IMG/VR virus record: IMGVR_UViG_3300029319_007564
Span: 1 to 56,475 of that record
From: a virus
Taxonomy: Duplodnaviria; Caudoviricetes
Direction: 5' to 3' (one strand)
DNA: 56,475 bases
This document shows positions 19,461 through 29,754 of this stretch, in pieces (position 1 is the first letter of the stretch; every line of letters begins with the position of its first letter). The position numbers and the translations under genes are program-made. Under the pieces are notes generated by a model. That model was given only the letters and a program-made list of their open reading frames with translations, ran no database searches and was not told the origin of the DNA.

Positions 19461-20416
19461 CCTAATTTCTCCATAATCGTATTCCAGAATACTCTTGCAT
19501 TGTATTTTTCTTTGTAAATGTTATATCCGTTTTGTGCAATATAACTTCTTTCTTCTGGGTTGTCGAGATAATAGTTTATTTTGTCTATTAAATCATTTTC
19601 GTCTTTAAACTCAACGTAGTGCTCGCCCGGTACCAGAAAGTTCTTAGTTGCCTCATTTGCTCTTTCAAGCAGGAGGGACTTTGTTGCTAAAATTTCCCAA
19701 ACTCTTCCTTTGCACTGGTCGTTACCTTCAGGACCTTCGGGAAAATTTAGATTAATCCTTGAATTTCTCATTAATTCTGCATACTTAATTGCTGGCAATC
19801 CTTCTTCTCTCTGGCCGCCACCAATGTTAACCTCGGTTCCGCTAGTTAATAAATGTGTCAAGTATCTTTGTCTCTCGGCATAGCGCGGGGATCCCAAAAA
19901 ACTAACATTAATCGTCCTTTCAGAATCTTCGACTGGATAGTACATTGTCTCATCTTGGGGCGCCCATAGCCAAATCAGATTATTATATTCCTGCAAGAGA
20001 TTCCTCTCTGAGCCCCAGCAAACATGTAAATCAGCAAAGCCTGCATCATTAAATTCTTCTATCTGCGGTATGCCCCAACCCTCAAACATGTCGGGCCACA
20101 TAAAAACTGTCTTACAGCCTTTGGACTTAATGTGCTCATAGCTGCTCTCTGTGGGATTTAAGTGAGATTTTCCCAGAAGAGAAAAGATAACAATATCTGG
20201 TTCAAGCCTATCAACAAGAATCGGCAAGAATCCATCTATGTGCTTCTTTTTGACTGCTGAATACTCATCCAAGTGTATGATACTAAACTTTGCATCCGGG
20301 AGAACTGTAGAGAATGTCTTGAATAAGTTGTGATAGTTATTTGTCAACCCTTTCGCTGGGTCTGCGTCACACCACTTCTCGGTTACAAATAGGACTTTTG
20401 GGTTATTTTTCTCCAT
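19457..20416 (-). CDS. GT-B glycosyltransferase (CgeB-like C-terminal domain)
   Basis: SRINLNF...RVWEILATKSLLL...PGEHYVEF...IAQNG. Confidence 0.8.
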   Translation of the reverse strand: MEKNNPKVLFVTEKWCDADPAKGLTNNYHNLFKTFSTVLPDAKFSIIHLDEYSAVKKKHIDGFLPILVDRLEPDIVIFSLLGKSHLNPTESSYEHIKSKGCKTVFMWPDMFEGWGIPQIEEFNDAGFADLHVCWGSERNLLQEYNNLIWLWAPQDETMYYPVEDSERTINVSFLGSPRYAERQRYLTHLLTSGTEVNIGGGQREEGLPAIKYAELMRNSRINLNFPEGPEGNDQCKGRVWEILATKSLLLERANEATKNFLVPGEHYVEFKDENDLIDKINYYLDNPEERSYIAQNGYNIYKEKYNARVFWNTIMEKLG

Positions 20417-20942
20417 AATAGTCTCCGTATTCTACAATAATTGTGCTTTTACCATCGGTTCTGTTGTATGCCTTGTAGTATGCAGGGAAAATATCTTCTG
20501 GCTCCTCACATCTAATAACCTCGGTGTTGCGCAACATTCCTCTAAAAACTTGTGTAAAATCGCCAGTGTGTTGTACTTGAGGATTTAAAGGTCGGACCGA
20601 GCCAATCCCAACACGAATGATTGCTTTCGGTACATATTCTCCGTGAGAAAATTCCTTCATTCTATCGAGATGGTTTACTAGTTGATTTACTGCACACAAA
20701 AGAAAGTTCCATCTCGGGTAGATGCTAACTGGTACTGTTCCATTAACTGCTAGTCCCGTGGTCATTCCCATTTGCATCTCTTCATCGACTGGCATTTCAA
20801 TCAACTTTTGTCGATCTACATCTGATAAAGTGTTGGTCATTGCTGTGCCCTTATAAGCAACGGCTTGGCCTATAAACAAGGTGTCTTGTTGTTCACCTAG
20901 GTAAGTCATTGCTCTTTTTAATTCGTCGAAATAAGCTCCCAT
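20403..20942 (-). CDS. TPP enzyme E1-beta-like pyrimidine-binding subunit (truncated)
   Basis: FIGQAV, IEMPVDEEMQMGMTTGLA, QHTGD; lacks the usual C-terminal domain. Confidence 0.8.
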   Translation of the reverse strand: MGAYFDELKRAMTYLGEQQDTLFIGQAVAYKGTAMTNTLSDVDRQKLIEMPVDEEMQMGMTTGLAVNGTVPVSIYPRWNFLLCAVNQLVNHLDRMKEFSHGEYVPKAIIRVGIGSVRPLNPQVQHTGDFTQVFRGMLRNTEVIRCEEPEDIFPAYYKAYNRTDGKSTIIVEYGDYYGEK

Positions 20943-20943
20943 T

Positions 20944-21573
20944 TTATTTTTCCTCTTTTTTGTTGTTATATCTACTCAAATATTTTTCATATAAATAAGA
21001 ATTTATATTGTTCTTTATGCCATCATTAACTGCGGCTAATCTGCGTGGAGACTGGTTTTTCTTTATTGATGGCGAGTGTCCAGATGAGCAGTATAATTTC
21101 ATAACCTGTTCTCTTAATTTAGTAAAATTTGTTTTCAAATCATGATTGATACCTATAAAATTTATAGCTTCTATGAAGGCATTATTGCTTGAGATCAAGT
21201 CCTCATAATAAAGCACCATTTTTGACGACTTTAAGCTTTCAAATTTATGTATTTGACTTGTGTATCCAAAAATGTCTAAGCCTTCAGGTCTTCCATCAAT
21301 CATATTAAAATCTATTTGCGTATCAGTATGTCGAGACGTGCTAGCTAAATCTTTATAATCTCTTAGTAGGAGAATGTGTTTTTTGAATTTTTTGTCCGAT
21401 TCTTCTGGAGTTATATTGGTAAAAAAATGATCATAGGAGGGCACATTGTGGCTAGCCCACAGATCTGAATATGTGTCGTTTTCACTAAATTTTTTTGTCA
21501 TTCCATATAGTCCGAGAGATAGTAAATGTAGTCCGCTACGAGGATGTGAGTATATGATTACATTATCTCTCAA
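20944..21573 (-). CDS. Sulfotransferase-like protein
   Basis: YSHPRSGLHLL, LLLRD, LYYEDL. Confidence 0.6.
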   Translation of the reverse strand: MRDNVIIYSHPRSGLHLLSLGLYGMTKKFSENDTYSDLWASHNVPSYDHFFTNITPEESDKKFKKHILLLRDYKDLASTSRHTDTQIDFNMIDGRPEGLDIFGYTSQIHKFESLKSSKMVLYYEDLISSNNAFIEAINFIGINHDLKTNFTKLREQVMKLYCSSGHSPSIKKNQSPRRLAAVNDGIKNNINSYLYEKYLSRYNNKKEEK

Positions 21574-22181
21574 AATTGTACTCTTTTTCCAGCACCAGCA
21601 TGCGGATATTTGTCTAGATTATATTTGTAATATGTGATGTATTCATCATTTACATCTTCATATGTAAGTTTTTCCATTGCCCAAGTTGCGCGGGTATCAG
21701 TGCATACTGACTTTCCGTTATCTTCAACAATGAAGTGAATTGGAAGTTTATGGTTTCTAGCATACTTGATGCACTCATGAGCCACGCCTGTTTCAGATGT
21801 CATCTCTCCCATAAAGCAATACACCTTGTTTTTGCCACCCTGGCGCTTAATATCCATTGCGATACCAGTTGCAATAGGCAGAACACCGGTAACGATACCA
21901 GATGAAAGTACTCGATACTTCGAAAAACAAAGAGAGATTGAGCGACCTTGCAAGATTGCTGATTTTAATTCTTCTGGTGGTACTCCCTTCAAAAGACACT
22001 GATAGTGGCTTCTCCAAGAACAAAGAACCCAATCTTCGGGCCCTATATTATTATCCTTAAATACTTTGATAATCTGTTCCTCGTTTCCGTGATAAAGGTG
22101 CACGGGAGCACGAATCATAGCTGCATCAAAGCAAGCAGCCATTTCAGTTTCAAATTCTATTAGTTGTTCTTTTGAAAGCAT
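21570..22181 (-). CDS. TPP enzyme E1-alpha-like subunit (truncated)
   Basis: APVHLYHGNEE, WRSHY, IVTGVLPIATG, degenerate TPP motif GEM...VEDN. Confidence 0.8.
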   Translation of the reverse strand: MLSKEQLIEFETEMAACFDAAMIRAPVHLYHGNEEQIIKVFKDNNIGPEDWVLCSWRSHYQCLLKGVPPEELKSAILQGRSISLCFSKYRVLSSGIVTGVLPIATGIAMDIKRQGGKNKVYCFMGEMTSETGVAHECIKYARNHKLPIHFIVEDNGKSVCTDTRATWAMEKLTYEDVNDEYITYYKYNLDKYPHAGAGKRVQF

Positions 22182-22192
22182 TTTATCTCCTA

Positions 22193-22411
22193 TTATATTT
22201 TAACCAAATCTTCCGGCATAAAGACCAACACATCTTTATGTTTGTTTCGATATACATTGTAATTTGTATGTTTCATATCTCCGCTATATAACAGATAAGT
22301 TTTCTCACTCAAAATAATACCTATTCCAGTATCTTTGGTCATAGAAAGATCATCAGCATATGATTCATACCAGCGAACCAAATCTCCAGAATTAAATTTT
22401 TTATTTTGCAT
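22193..22411 (-). CDS. Small G-D-L-V beta-barrel (SH3/KOW-like) family protein
   Basis: FNSGDLVRW...GIGIIL...YNVY...EDLVKI. Confidence 0.6.
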   Translation of the reverse strand: MQNKKFNSGDLVRWYESYADDLSMTKDTGIGIILSEKTYLLYSGDMKHTNYNVYRNKHKDVLVFMPEDLVKI

Positions 22412-23923
22412 TTAATCTCCTAAGATTTTTCTTTTTAGCTTAATCTTAGTCATGTCTTCGATACCCAAACGAGTTCTTTTGCCAAACTTGTCTTCTATCA
22501 TATCAAGATATTTTGGATTTTTATAGTATTTTAAAAATGCCTCGTCGCGAAATTTTAGAACTTCTGCTGCTGATATGTGTTTAGTCGGTAGAGGTGTTGT
22601 TTCATAAGAATGTTGTGAATATCCTACGTAAGTCTCTGGCAGCTGCCAATCTTCTTTCAGTGCGTCTAAATACAGTTTCGAGCCAGGATAAGCCATAGCA
22701 GAATAAAAGTTTGCAAATTCACAATTTAAATCAATAGACATATCTAAAGTGTCTTGCATACTATTATGGTCGTCTTCTGGAAGTCCAAAGATGTAGTTTC
22801 CAATTACGTTGATGTCATGATCTTGAATTTTCTTAACTAAATCTATAATATTTACTTCAGTAAATCGACCCTTTACAACGTCCTTGCGAACAACAGAGTT
22901 TCCAGATTCAATACCCAGCGCAAGCCAATTGACGCCTGCTTTTTTAAGAGTTTCTAAATACTCTTCTCTTACCGTATCAATTCTAGCATATGCCCAGATA
23001 TTGAAGTCATAACCTCTTTCGGTAATCAATTCACAAAGTTTCATAAAATGATTTTTATATAAAACAAACATTTCATCAGCTAATTTTACATTTCTTATTC
23101 CCATATTATGAAGTTGTTCAAACTCTTTAATAATATATTCAGGATCCCAATATCTGAATTTGTTTCGTCCGTAATCCCAGTTTTCTAAATTGTTATTTCC
23201 AAATGGAGCATTGATACAGCAAAAACTACATTTGAATGGACAACCAAGACTTGTGTAAAGAGATGCAAAGGGCATCCTATCATCGTTATTGGTCATCGCG
23301 TGCCAATTAGCTGTACGATACTTACTCATCGGCAGTAAATCCCAGGCCATACCTGGAAGTTCTTCTGGTAGCTCTTCTTGCGAAATCAGCGGGGCTGGCT
23401 TCGTATAACATATGTTTCCATCTTCTCTATACCAAAGACCCGGAACATTAGCCAATTGACTTGTATCATCCATGTTTACTGTCAAAAGTCCGTTAATTGT
23501 ATGTGGCCCTTCGCCTTGACAAACAAAATCTGATTGTTCATCCTGCATTGTTCCGCGAGAAACAGCAGACGGGTGAAGACCAATTAAAACCGTCTTAAGG
23601 TGGCCGTAGCGCCCTTTTAACTCAGCAAGAAGGGCGTTGGTGCCAATCATATTTTGAGTGGAAGCAGAGGGCTGCTGGCCATAGATAACGATTGCTACCA
23701 ATCTTGGATTGTAATCATTGATTGTATCAGCCGATGCCATAGCGTTTAGACGTTCAGCTTCGCAATCTAAAATTCTAGCCGACCATCCATTTTTGCGTGC
23801 ATTGTTAGCTAGCAAAGCAGCCCAGATTGGCGGCTCGATAGCCGAATATGTTTTACTTAATTCTTGATAAATAATTGGTGCGCCGTTAGGATGCACAAAT
23901 AATACGTCTAATTGTTTGCTCAT
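22412..23923 (-). CDS. B12-binding radical SAM protein (class B methylase-like)
   Basis: GCPFKCSFC (CxxxCxxC), N-terminal cobalamin-binding-like domain, LGIESG. Start placed at ATG 23923. Confidence 0.88.
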   Translation of the reverse strand: MSKQLDVLFVHPNGAPIIYQELSKTYSAIEPPIWAALLANNARKNGWSARILDCEAERLNAMASADTINDYNPRLVAIVIYGQQPSASTQNMIGTNALLAELKGRYGHLKTVLIGLHPSAVSRGTMQDEQSDFVCQGEGPHTINGLLTVNMDDTSQLANVPGLWYREDGNICYTKPAPLISQEELPEELPGMAWDLLPMSKYRTANWHAMTNNDDRMPFASLYTSLGCPFKCSFCCINAPFGNNNLENWDYGRNKFRYWDPEYIIKEFEQLHNMGIRNVKLADEMFVLYKNHFMKLCELITERGYDFNIWAYARIDTVREEYLETLKKAGVNWLALGIESGNSVVRKDVVKGRFTEVNIIDLVKKIQDHDINVIGNYIFGLPEDDHNSMQDTLDMSIDLNCEFANFYSAMAYPGSKLYLDALKEDWQLPETYVGYSQHSYETTPLPTKHISAAEVLKFRDEAFLKYYKNPKYLDMIEDKFGKRTRLGIEDMTKIKLKRKILGD

Positions 23924-23927
23924 AACT

Positions 23928-24857
23928 TTAATAATTCGCATACCACGGCGATTCAATAATACTGTATGCCGTGATAAGCTGTCTAATTCCATCGTCTAGG
24001 TCGTATTTACACTCAAAGCCAGTATCATAAAACTTTTGACTACTAACTGTATAGTCACGAGTATCTGGATCTGTGGTAAACTCTGCTTTAATGATCTCCA
24101 GCGGAAGATGCTCTTGGATCTTTTGTGCTAGCTGAAGCTTATTCATGTTGAGTGAATCGTTGCCCATATTGTAGGTGTCGTTCTTTACAACATCCCAATT
24201 GTTAATAACCCACCTAAAGGCACGACAAACATCTTGAAGGTGCCCGTAGTTTCTCATAAACTCACACTCATAAAGAACCAAAACACGCTCTCTAAGCGCC
24301 TTGAGAACAAAATTGTTGACCAACAGGTCTGTCCTCATTCTAGAACCAGGACCAAATACAGTCGCCAACCTAAAGGTAACGTGATTTTCAACGTTTCTAT
24401 ATTCACGTTCGCCGGCTACCTTTGTTCTGCCATACAGAGATACGGGATTCAAAGGCGAATCCTCAGTGACCACGGAACCGTCAGCACTTGTTCCATATCC
24501 AGAGTTGGTGCAAGGATAGATAACCAATTGGTCAACTGATTTGTTTTTTGCAATCCAAGCATTTACTTCATGATTAATTTCGTGGGCTCCGCGGACATCT
24601 TTATCACACAAGGGAAACCCAACCAACGCGGCCAAAGGAATGATAATATCAGCCTTTGCAGTGTACTTTTTCAATAATCCTAAATCCCTAACATCTCCTT
24701 TCACAAAAGAAAAGTTAGGATTGTTTGTATATCTCAATAATGATGTTGGATCGTACATTAAATTATCATACGCAACAACTTTATGGCCGTCGTCTAGAAG
24801 GTATTGTATTAATTCGCTACCGATATAACCAGCACCGCCTGTAATTAAAATATTCAT
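23928..24857 (-). CDS. NAD-dependent epimerase/dehydratase
   Basis: ITGGAGYIG, YGRTK, FRLATVFG, RTDLLVN. ATGA-coupled start 24857. Confidence 0.9.
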   Translation of the reverse strand: MNILITGGAGYIGSELIQYLLDDGHKVVAYDNLMYDPTSLLRYTNNPNFSFVKGDVRDLGLLKKYTAKADIIIPLAALVGFPLCDKDVRGAHEINHEVNAWIAKNKSVDQLVIYPCTNSGYGTSADGSVVTEDSPLNPVSLYGRTKVAGEREYRNVENHVTFRLATVFGPGSRMRTDLLVNNFVLKALRERVLVLYECEFMRNYGHLQDVCRAFRWVINNWDVVKNDTYNMGNDSLNMNKLQLAQKIQEHLPLEIIKAEFTTDPDTRDYTVSSQKFYDTGFECKYDLDDGIRQLITAYSIIESPWYANY

Positions 24858-25162
24858 AATTCTATCTTTCCTGTTAATATATCTTTTAGCATTACCCAGT
24901 CGCAAGCTTTGGCCCATATCGGTCTAGAAAAAGCGGCTGGTTCGTTTTTTTCAAATACGTAATGCCCAGTCCAAGCAAAAGGGTAAACCACAAATGGTGC
25001 TACCAACAAAAGTAGCCACATTTTAGTGCTAATAACAAACCACAAAAACGCCACGGTTGCTATTTGACCTAAAACGTGCATCCTGCGCGTCCACTTATTC
25101 TGATGAAGTGTGAGATAATACTGATAGTATTGATCGAATGTCATTAATTCTTCATCACTCAT
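24854..25162 (-). CDS. DUF962/Mpo1-like membrane protein
   Basis: YLTLHQNKWTRRMHVLG...AWTGHYVFEKNEPAAF. Confidence 0.85.
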   Translation of the reverse strand: MSDEELMTFDQYYQYYLTLHQNKWTRRMHVLGQIATVAFLWFVISTKMWLLLLVAPFVVYPFAWTGHYVFEKNEPAAFSRPIWAKACDWVMLKDILTGKIEL

Positions 25163-25565
25163 CCCAGCTAATCTCCCAATCTTTAAAATCAGCCGCAAGA
25201 CAATCGATCTTATAATCTTTTCGGCCGCCGGCTAACTCTTGAATTCTATTTTTAGAGGTATTTCTTATACCGTTCAAACCATGGGTTAATTCAAGATTGT
25301 TTCCGTCCTTAATTCCCTTGCGGTAGTTGGTCTCATTATGCCAAATATGCAAGTTCATTTGAGACAGAACAACAATAGCACGGATTGCTCTTGCATCCAT
25401 TATAACATTATTTTCTTCCAGCGTCAAATCAATATCGTGTAAAATATCAGATATTTCCTGCGCATACTCAGATTTGTGTTCTGTGATAAACACTTCTTTT
25501 AGTTGTACGATAGACAACCTATCTACTAATTCCGACAATGTCGGTAAATACTTTCTTTCGCTCAT
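25155..25565 (-). CDS. Helical protein (DUF6165/DUF4254-like) typical of glycan clusters
   Basis: TLSELVDRLSIVQLK...NLHIWHNE...NGIRNTSKNRI. Confidence 0.55.
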   Translation of the reverse strand: MSERKYLPTLSELVDRLSIVQLKEVFITEHKSEYAQEISDILHDIDLTLEENNVIMDARAIRAIVVLSQMNLHIWHNETNYRKGIKDGNNLELTHGLNGIRNTSKNRIQELAGGRKDYKIDCLAADFKDWEISWDE

Positions 25566-27212
25566 TTATGCCTCAATAAATTGTTTAAAATAATTTTCAT
25601 ATGTTTTGAAGTTTCTTTCTCCAAATACGTCTTTATATTTGAAAAATACTTCAGCCTCTTCTTTTCCTCTTTCAACTGCGTGCTCCGAGGAAGTTGATAG
25701 GCCGTCTGAGTTATAGTAATACAATCCCAGCGGTCTGTCAATCTTTTTAAATTTTGATCCTGCTTCTACCATTCTCAAAAACATCTCCCAATCTCCGGCA
25801 TATTTCATATTTTCATTAAAATATCCCACTTTTTTATGTACAGAAGTTCTCCACATTGGCATTGGTCCTGGTAAACATTTAATCATATTTTCCGCCGAGA
25901 ATTCATTTCTAGAATGTTCATATGTTCTGCCTCTTGAAGAGTTGTTTTCATAAGTTTCTAGAGCATTTGGAGTCTGGTAGCAATCAGAATACACCAGATC
26001 GACATCATCTGTAAAATATAAATGCTTCGCTAATGTCTCTATGTAATCTTTTGCGTGTGCATCGTCGACACATGTTTGTGCAAAATACTCTCCGGTTGCC
26101 ATCTGCAGTGCCATATTTTCTGTTTCCATAACGCTAGCTCTATAATCTAATTTTTTGTAAATTACATTGCTATGTTTTTCCATAAATTTTTCAATGTACT
26201 TATCTTCGTTTTGTGGAGAATTAGCATTTATTATTATCAATTCACAACAATCAAATACAGTTTGGTTTGATATGTCATCTAGGTAGCTTTCAATGTACTT
26301 TTCTGCATTGTAAATTGGACAAAAAATAGTTACTTTTGGCAACACAATTGGTTCTATATAGTCTACCTTTTTGTTGTCAATTAAATTTATCCATCGATTG
26401 ATGATTGTATTGTTGTTTTCTTTTATTTTCTGTAGAAGTGGTTCACCTTTTAATTTGAAATATTCTTCACTTGCTGCGCCAAGTAGATTATTTGTTACAA
26501 GCTTGCAACCAACTATTCTAGCTTCAATGGCCAGTCTGCTATATGATTCTAGCCACTGTGGGAAGAAAATTAAATGCTGTATCCTTGACATGTTTTCAAT
26601 ATATTCTGGAAACGGCGCTGGATTCAGATATTTGAAAGGTAATTTATTGTTATTGCAAAAATCTATCGCTGCCGGCATTCCCTTGTTTTTATTTTGAGAA
26701 TTTAGTATAGCAAATTCAACAGTCTTTTTGGTATTTAAGTTTTTTTCTAAAACTTGCAACTGTTCTGGGGTCCATATATTTCCAGCAGAATTAACTACAT
26801 TATCTAAAAGTAAATTCTTTTGTACAACCTCTGAATGTTTTTTGCTTTGACATATTACCGCTAATGCGTTTCTAAAGAAAGTTTGATTCTGTAACTGGCT
26901 CTCTGGAGCCAGAAAATTTTTATAAAGTGACGGGTTGTTAGATCTTATATATTTGTGATCGTGCTCAAATATGACATACGTTTTGTTTGCCAACTCTGTT
27001 TTTGACTCTTCAGACAAAAGGAAGAAATTAGCAACAATAAAAAAACAATCAGAATTATCTTTTATATACTCTGGTGTGACTGTTTGTGATTTTTTACGCT
27101 CAAATGAGTAACGATGCGATAATGAATCCATCAAAGCATCGTTACAAAATTCGGCTCCTCCTCTTATTTCTTCAATGAAATAATCGGAAATAAATATTAC
27201 TTTATCATTCAT
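25566..27212 (-). CDS. Two-domain glycosyltransferase (GT-B-like N-terminus plus GT2 C-terminus)
   Basis: GGAE and ESYSRLAIEARIVGC in the N-half; KVTIFCPIYNAEKYI, CVDD and AGDWEMFLR in the C-half. Confidence 0.85.
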   Translation of the reverse strand: MNDKVIFISDYFIEEIRGGAEFCNDALMDSLSHRYSFERKKSQTVTPEYIKDNSDCFFIVANFFLLSEESKTELANKTYVIFEHDHKYIRSNNPSLYKNFLAPESQLQNQTFFRNALAVICQSKKHSEVVQKNLLLDNVVNSAGNIWTPEQLQVLEKNLNTKKTVEFAILNSQNKNKGMPAAIDFCNNNKLPFKYLNPAPFPEYIENMSRIQHLIFFPQWLESYSRLAIEARIVGCKLVTNNLLGAASEEYFKLKGEPLLQKIKENNNTIINRWINLIDNKKVDYIEPIVLPKVTIFCPIYNAEKYIESYLDDISNQTVFDCCELIIINANSPQNEDKYIEKFMEKHSNVIYKKLDYRASVMETENMALQMATGEYFAQTCVDDAHAKDYIETLAKHLYFTDDVDLVYSDCYQTPNALETYENNSSRGRTYEHSRNEFSAENMIKCLPGPMPMWRTSVHKKVGYFNENMKYAGDWEMFLRMVEAGSKFKKIDRPLGLYYYNSDGLSTSSEHAVERGKEEAEVFFKYKDVFGERNFKTYENYFKQFIEA

Positions 27213-28467
27213 ATTCTACGACTTGATCTAAAAGCCCGCGCCATTCCTTTTCTTCTTCTGTTTCAATAAACTCCAAAACAGGTGCTACCATTTCAGCGTA
27301 TTGTTTTTCTTCATTGAATCTTTCTTGTACTTCATTTGCAAAATTACAAGCATCGCAAGCTATACTTCCTTCTACTTTGTTGAACAAATCATCATAGCAT
27401 TGACGCATTTTTTGTTTTGCTGACTGTTCTCTTGGGTACGCCCACATAGATTCTTTAATCAATACACCTTCCCAAACAACCTGATCCGGGACATGATTCA
27501 AATCAAAAGCAACATTATAAAATCTATCATTTGCAGACTCATCAACTAAAAAGTCTAACTGACCCGACCAGCCGGTTGCTACAACCGGTAGGCCACTATA
27601 TGCTGATTCAAAAAGCGGCAATCCAAAACCTTCACCGTGTGCCAAGTGAACTAATGCGGAAATTTTATCATGAGTGTACATTGAGTGCATTTCCTCATCA
27701 TCCATATCTCCGTGGAGAAGGTAAACTTTGCATTTTCTGTCCGGATATTGATCTAGGAGTTCTTTAAGTTGTCCTTGGACCCTGACTCTGTCAATAAGAC
27801 AGTTTTTTGCCAAATTAGTTTTAACGACTAAGCCTACCTCATCATCCATAAATTCTTCAACAAACCACTTAACTGTGTTTGGAACATTCTTTCGTGGGCC
27901 CCATTGTGAAACACAAAGAAAGTTAATATCAAAATCAAGCTCAAGATCTAAGCTTGGTAAGTTTTCAAACTTTTTAGCCGGGTAGTTCACAGTTACAATT
28001 GGAGTTTGCAACTGCAGTTGTAATGTCTGCCCTGTTTCATTGTGAACTGCTTGATATACAGTATCTTGAAATACATTTTTTGCGTGATTAGAAACAACAA
28101 TTATCTTGTTTACTTCGTGTGATTTTTCTATCCACTGGTGTGCGACTTTGGTTGTTTCAATTCCTGCTGTATAACCTATATTGATTGGTGCAATTCTCTC
28201 CCATTCGTTTGGAATTGTCACCTGGAAAGATATATCAAATTGACCTCCCTGTTGGACATATGCAACAGTCTTTTCTATGCAATTGTCAATCCATTCTCTT
28301 TCAGGGCTGTCTGTGTTTATCCATGAGGTGGCGCCCCACGATAATGGTTGAATATAGATATCAAACAAATCTTCTCTAGAACGTAATGCTCTCAGGGCAA
28401 ATCTAGATTGTTCTCCATAACCAGATCTAGTTAAAACAGGAGCTTTAAAAATAAGTTTCTTTTTCAC
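27205..28467 (-). CDS. GT4-like glycosyltransferase
   Basis: SGYG, RKNV, GEGFGLPLFESAYSGLPV. GTGA-coupled start 28467. Confidence 0.88.
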   Translation of the reverse strand: MKKKLIFKAPVLTRSGYGEQSRFALRALRSREDLFDIYIQPLSWGATSWINTDSPEREWIDNCIEKTVAYVQQGGQFDISFQVTIPNEWERIAPINIGYTAGIETTKVAHQWIEKSHEVNKIIVVSNHAKNVFQDTVYQAVHNETGQTLQLQLQTPIVTVNYPAKKFENLPSLDLELDFDINFLCVSQWGPRKNVPNTVKWFVEEFMDDEVGLVVKTNLAKNCLIDRVRVQGQLKELLDQYPDRKCKVYLLHGDMDDEEMHSMYTHDKISALVHLAHGEGFGLPLFESAYSGLPVVATGWSGQLDFLVDESANDRFYNVAFDLNHVPDQVVWEGVLIKESMWAYPREQSAKQKMRQCYDDLFNKVEGSIACDACNFANEVQERFNEEKQYAEMVAPVLEFIETEEEKEWRGLLDQVVEYE

Positions 28468-29747
28468 GCTACCTCCATCAAGTGCCAGCGTTGGTGGCCC
28501 TTTCTTGTCTCCCAAGAGCCGTGTTTCTCAATTATACTATCCATCAATTCAACCCATCTTTTCTCGTACTTTTCAAAATTATAATTTTTAGTTACGTGTT
28601 GTATTCCCATTTCAGACATTTTCTTGTACTTTGCAGGGCTCAATTTTATTGCTTTTTTCAAGGTGCTGATAAAGTCTTCTTTAGAGACTCTATCCTCATA
28701 AATATAGGGCACCTGCAGGGAACCTATAACAGCTTTTGAAGCCGGCTGAATACCCCATCCAAACCAATTTTTTCCATCGGTCACTTGTTCTTGTAAGCCC
28801 CCTGTCATATTTACAATAATTGGGCTACCACAGGAAAGAGACTCAAGTGTTCCAAGACCAAATCCTTCTGCATCTGCTATATTTATTGTAAAATCTGCGG
28901 CATTATACATTACTGCTAAATCTTCGGGACTTACTTTATTGGTTGAAAGTAAAACTTGCCCATCACCAACATTTAAATGATTTATTAGATGTGGTAAGTC
29001 TTGGCCGTGTGGATCTTGAGCATCCGTGTGCATTAAAAGTACTGCTTGATCATGACCAACTTCATCTAAAAATTCTTTGAACCACCATATTAAAGTTCCA
29101 CTTTGTTTTCTTCTAGCATTTCTATTATTCCAGAAGAAAATCTTTTTGTTCGGATTTTTTAGATTGACTGTGGAATCTAAGATTTTTTGTTTTACTTCCT
29201 TTACTTTCGCTAATTGTTCACCGGTTTTCATTTTATAAAAAATGTTATCATTTACCGCATGCGGAAGATAAGTGCTGTTAACTTCTGGTGCTACAGTTTG
29301 TACAATTTCGTGAGTTACTTTTGAAATGCAAACAACTTCATCATTTGAATTATAGTATTGCGCATTAAAATAAGGCGCAGGGAAGTTATCCCACACGTGA
29401 TAATAAACCATAGGAACATTATTTCTAACTTCGTTTTCTATTTCCCACAACCAAGTATAAAACCGTGGATCAGTCATAAACCAAAGCATGTCAGGTTTTT
29501 CCTTAGCCAATACAGATCTAATTATTTCGTGGGTTCCATATCCATCTACTGGATAGATAACCCAATCTTCCTCGTACGGCTGAATTCTTTGTGGGGTGTA
29601 GTCTTCGTGTTTTATTGCGCCACCTAGGCATATAAACTGATATCTCCCTGTTCTTAGTAGAGATTCTATCATATACTTTGTTTGTGTGCCTACCCCAGAT
29701 GGCGAAAGGGGATGGTCAGATAATACTAATATCTTCTTTTTCTTCAT
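28464..29747 (-). CDS. GT4-like glycosyltransferase
   Basis: SGVG, RNARRK, AEGFGLGTLESLSCG. Confidence 0.88.
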   Translation of the reverse strand: MKKKKILVLSDHPLSPSGVGTQTKYMIESLLRTGRYQFICLGGAIKHEDYTPQRIQPYEEDWVIYPVDGYGTHEIIRSVLAKEKPDMLWFMTDPRFYTWLWEIENEVRNNVPMVYYHVWDNFPAPYFNAQYYNSNDEVVCISKVTHEIVQTVAPEVNSTYLPHAVNDNIFYKMKTGEQLAKVKEVKQKILDSTVNLKNPNKKIFFWNNRNARRKQSGTLIWWFKEFLDEVGHDQAVLLMHTDAQDPHGQDLPHLINHLNVGDGQVLLSTNKVSPEDLAVMYNAADFTINIADAEGFGLGTLESLSCGSPIIVNMTGGLQEQVTDGKNWFGWGIQPASKAVIGSLQVPYIYEDRVSKEDFISTLKKAIKLSPAKYKKMSEMGIQHVTKNYNFEKYEKRWVELMDSIIEKHGSWETRKGHQRWHLMEVA

Positions 29748-29754
29748 TTATTCC

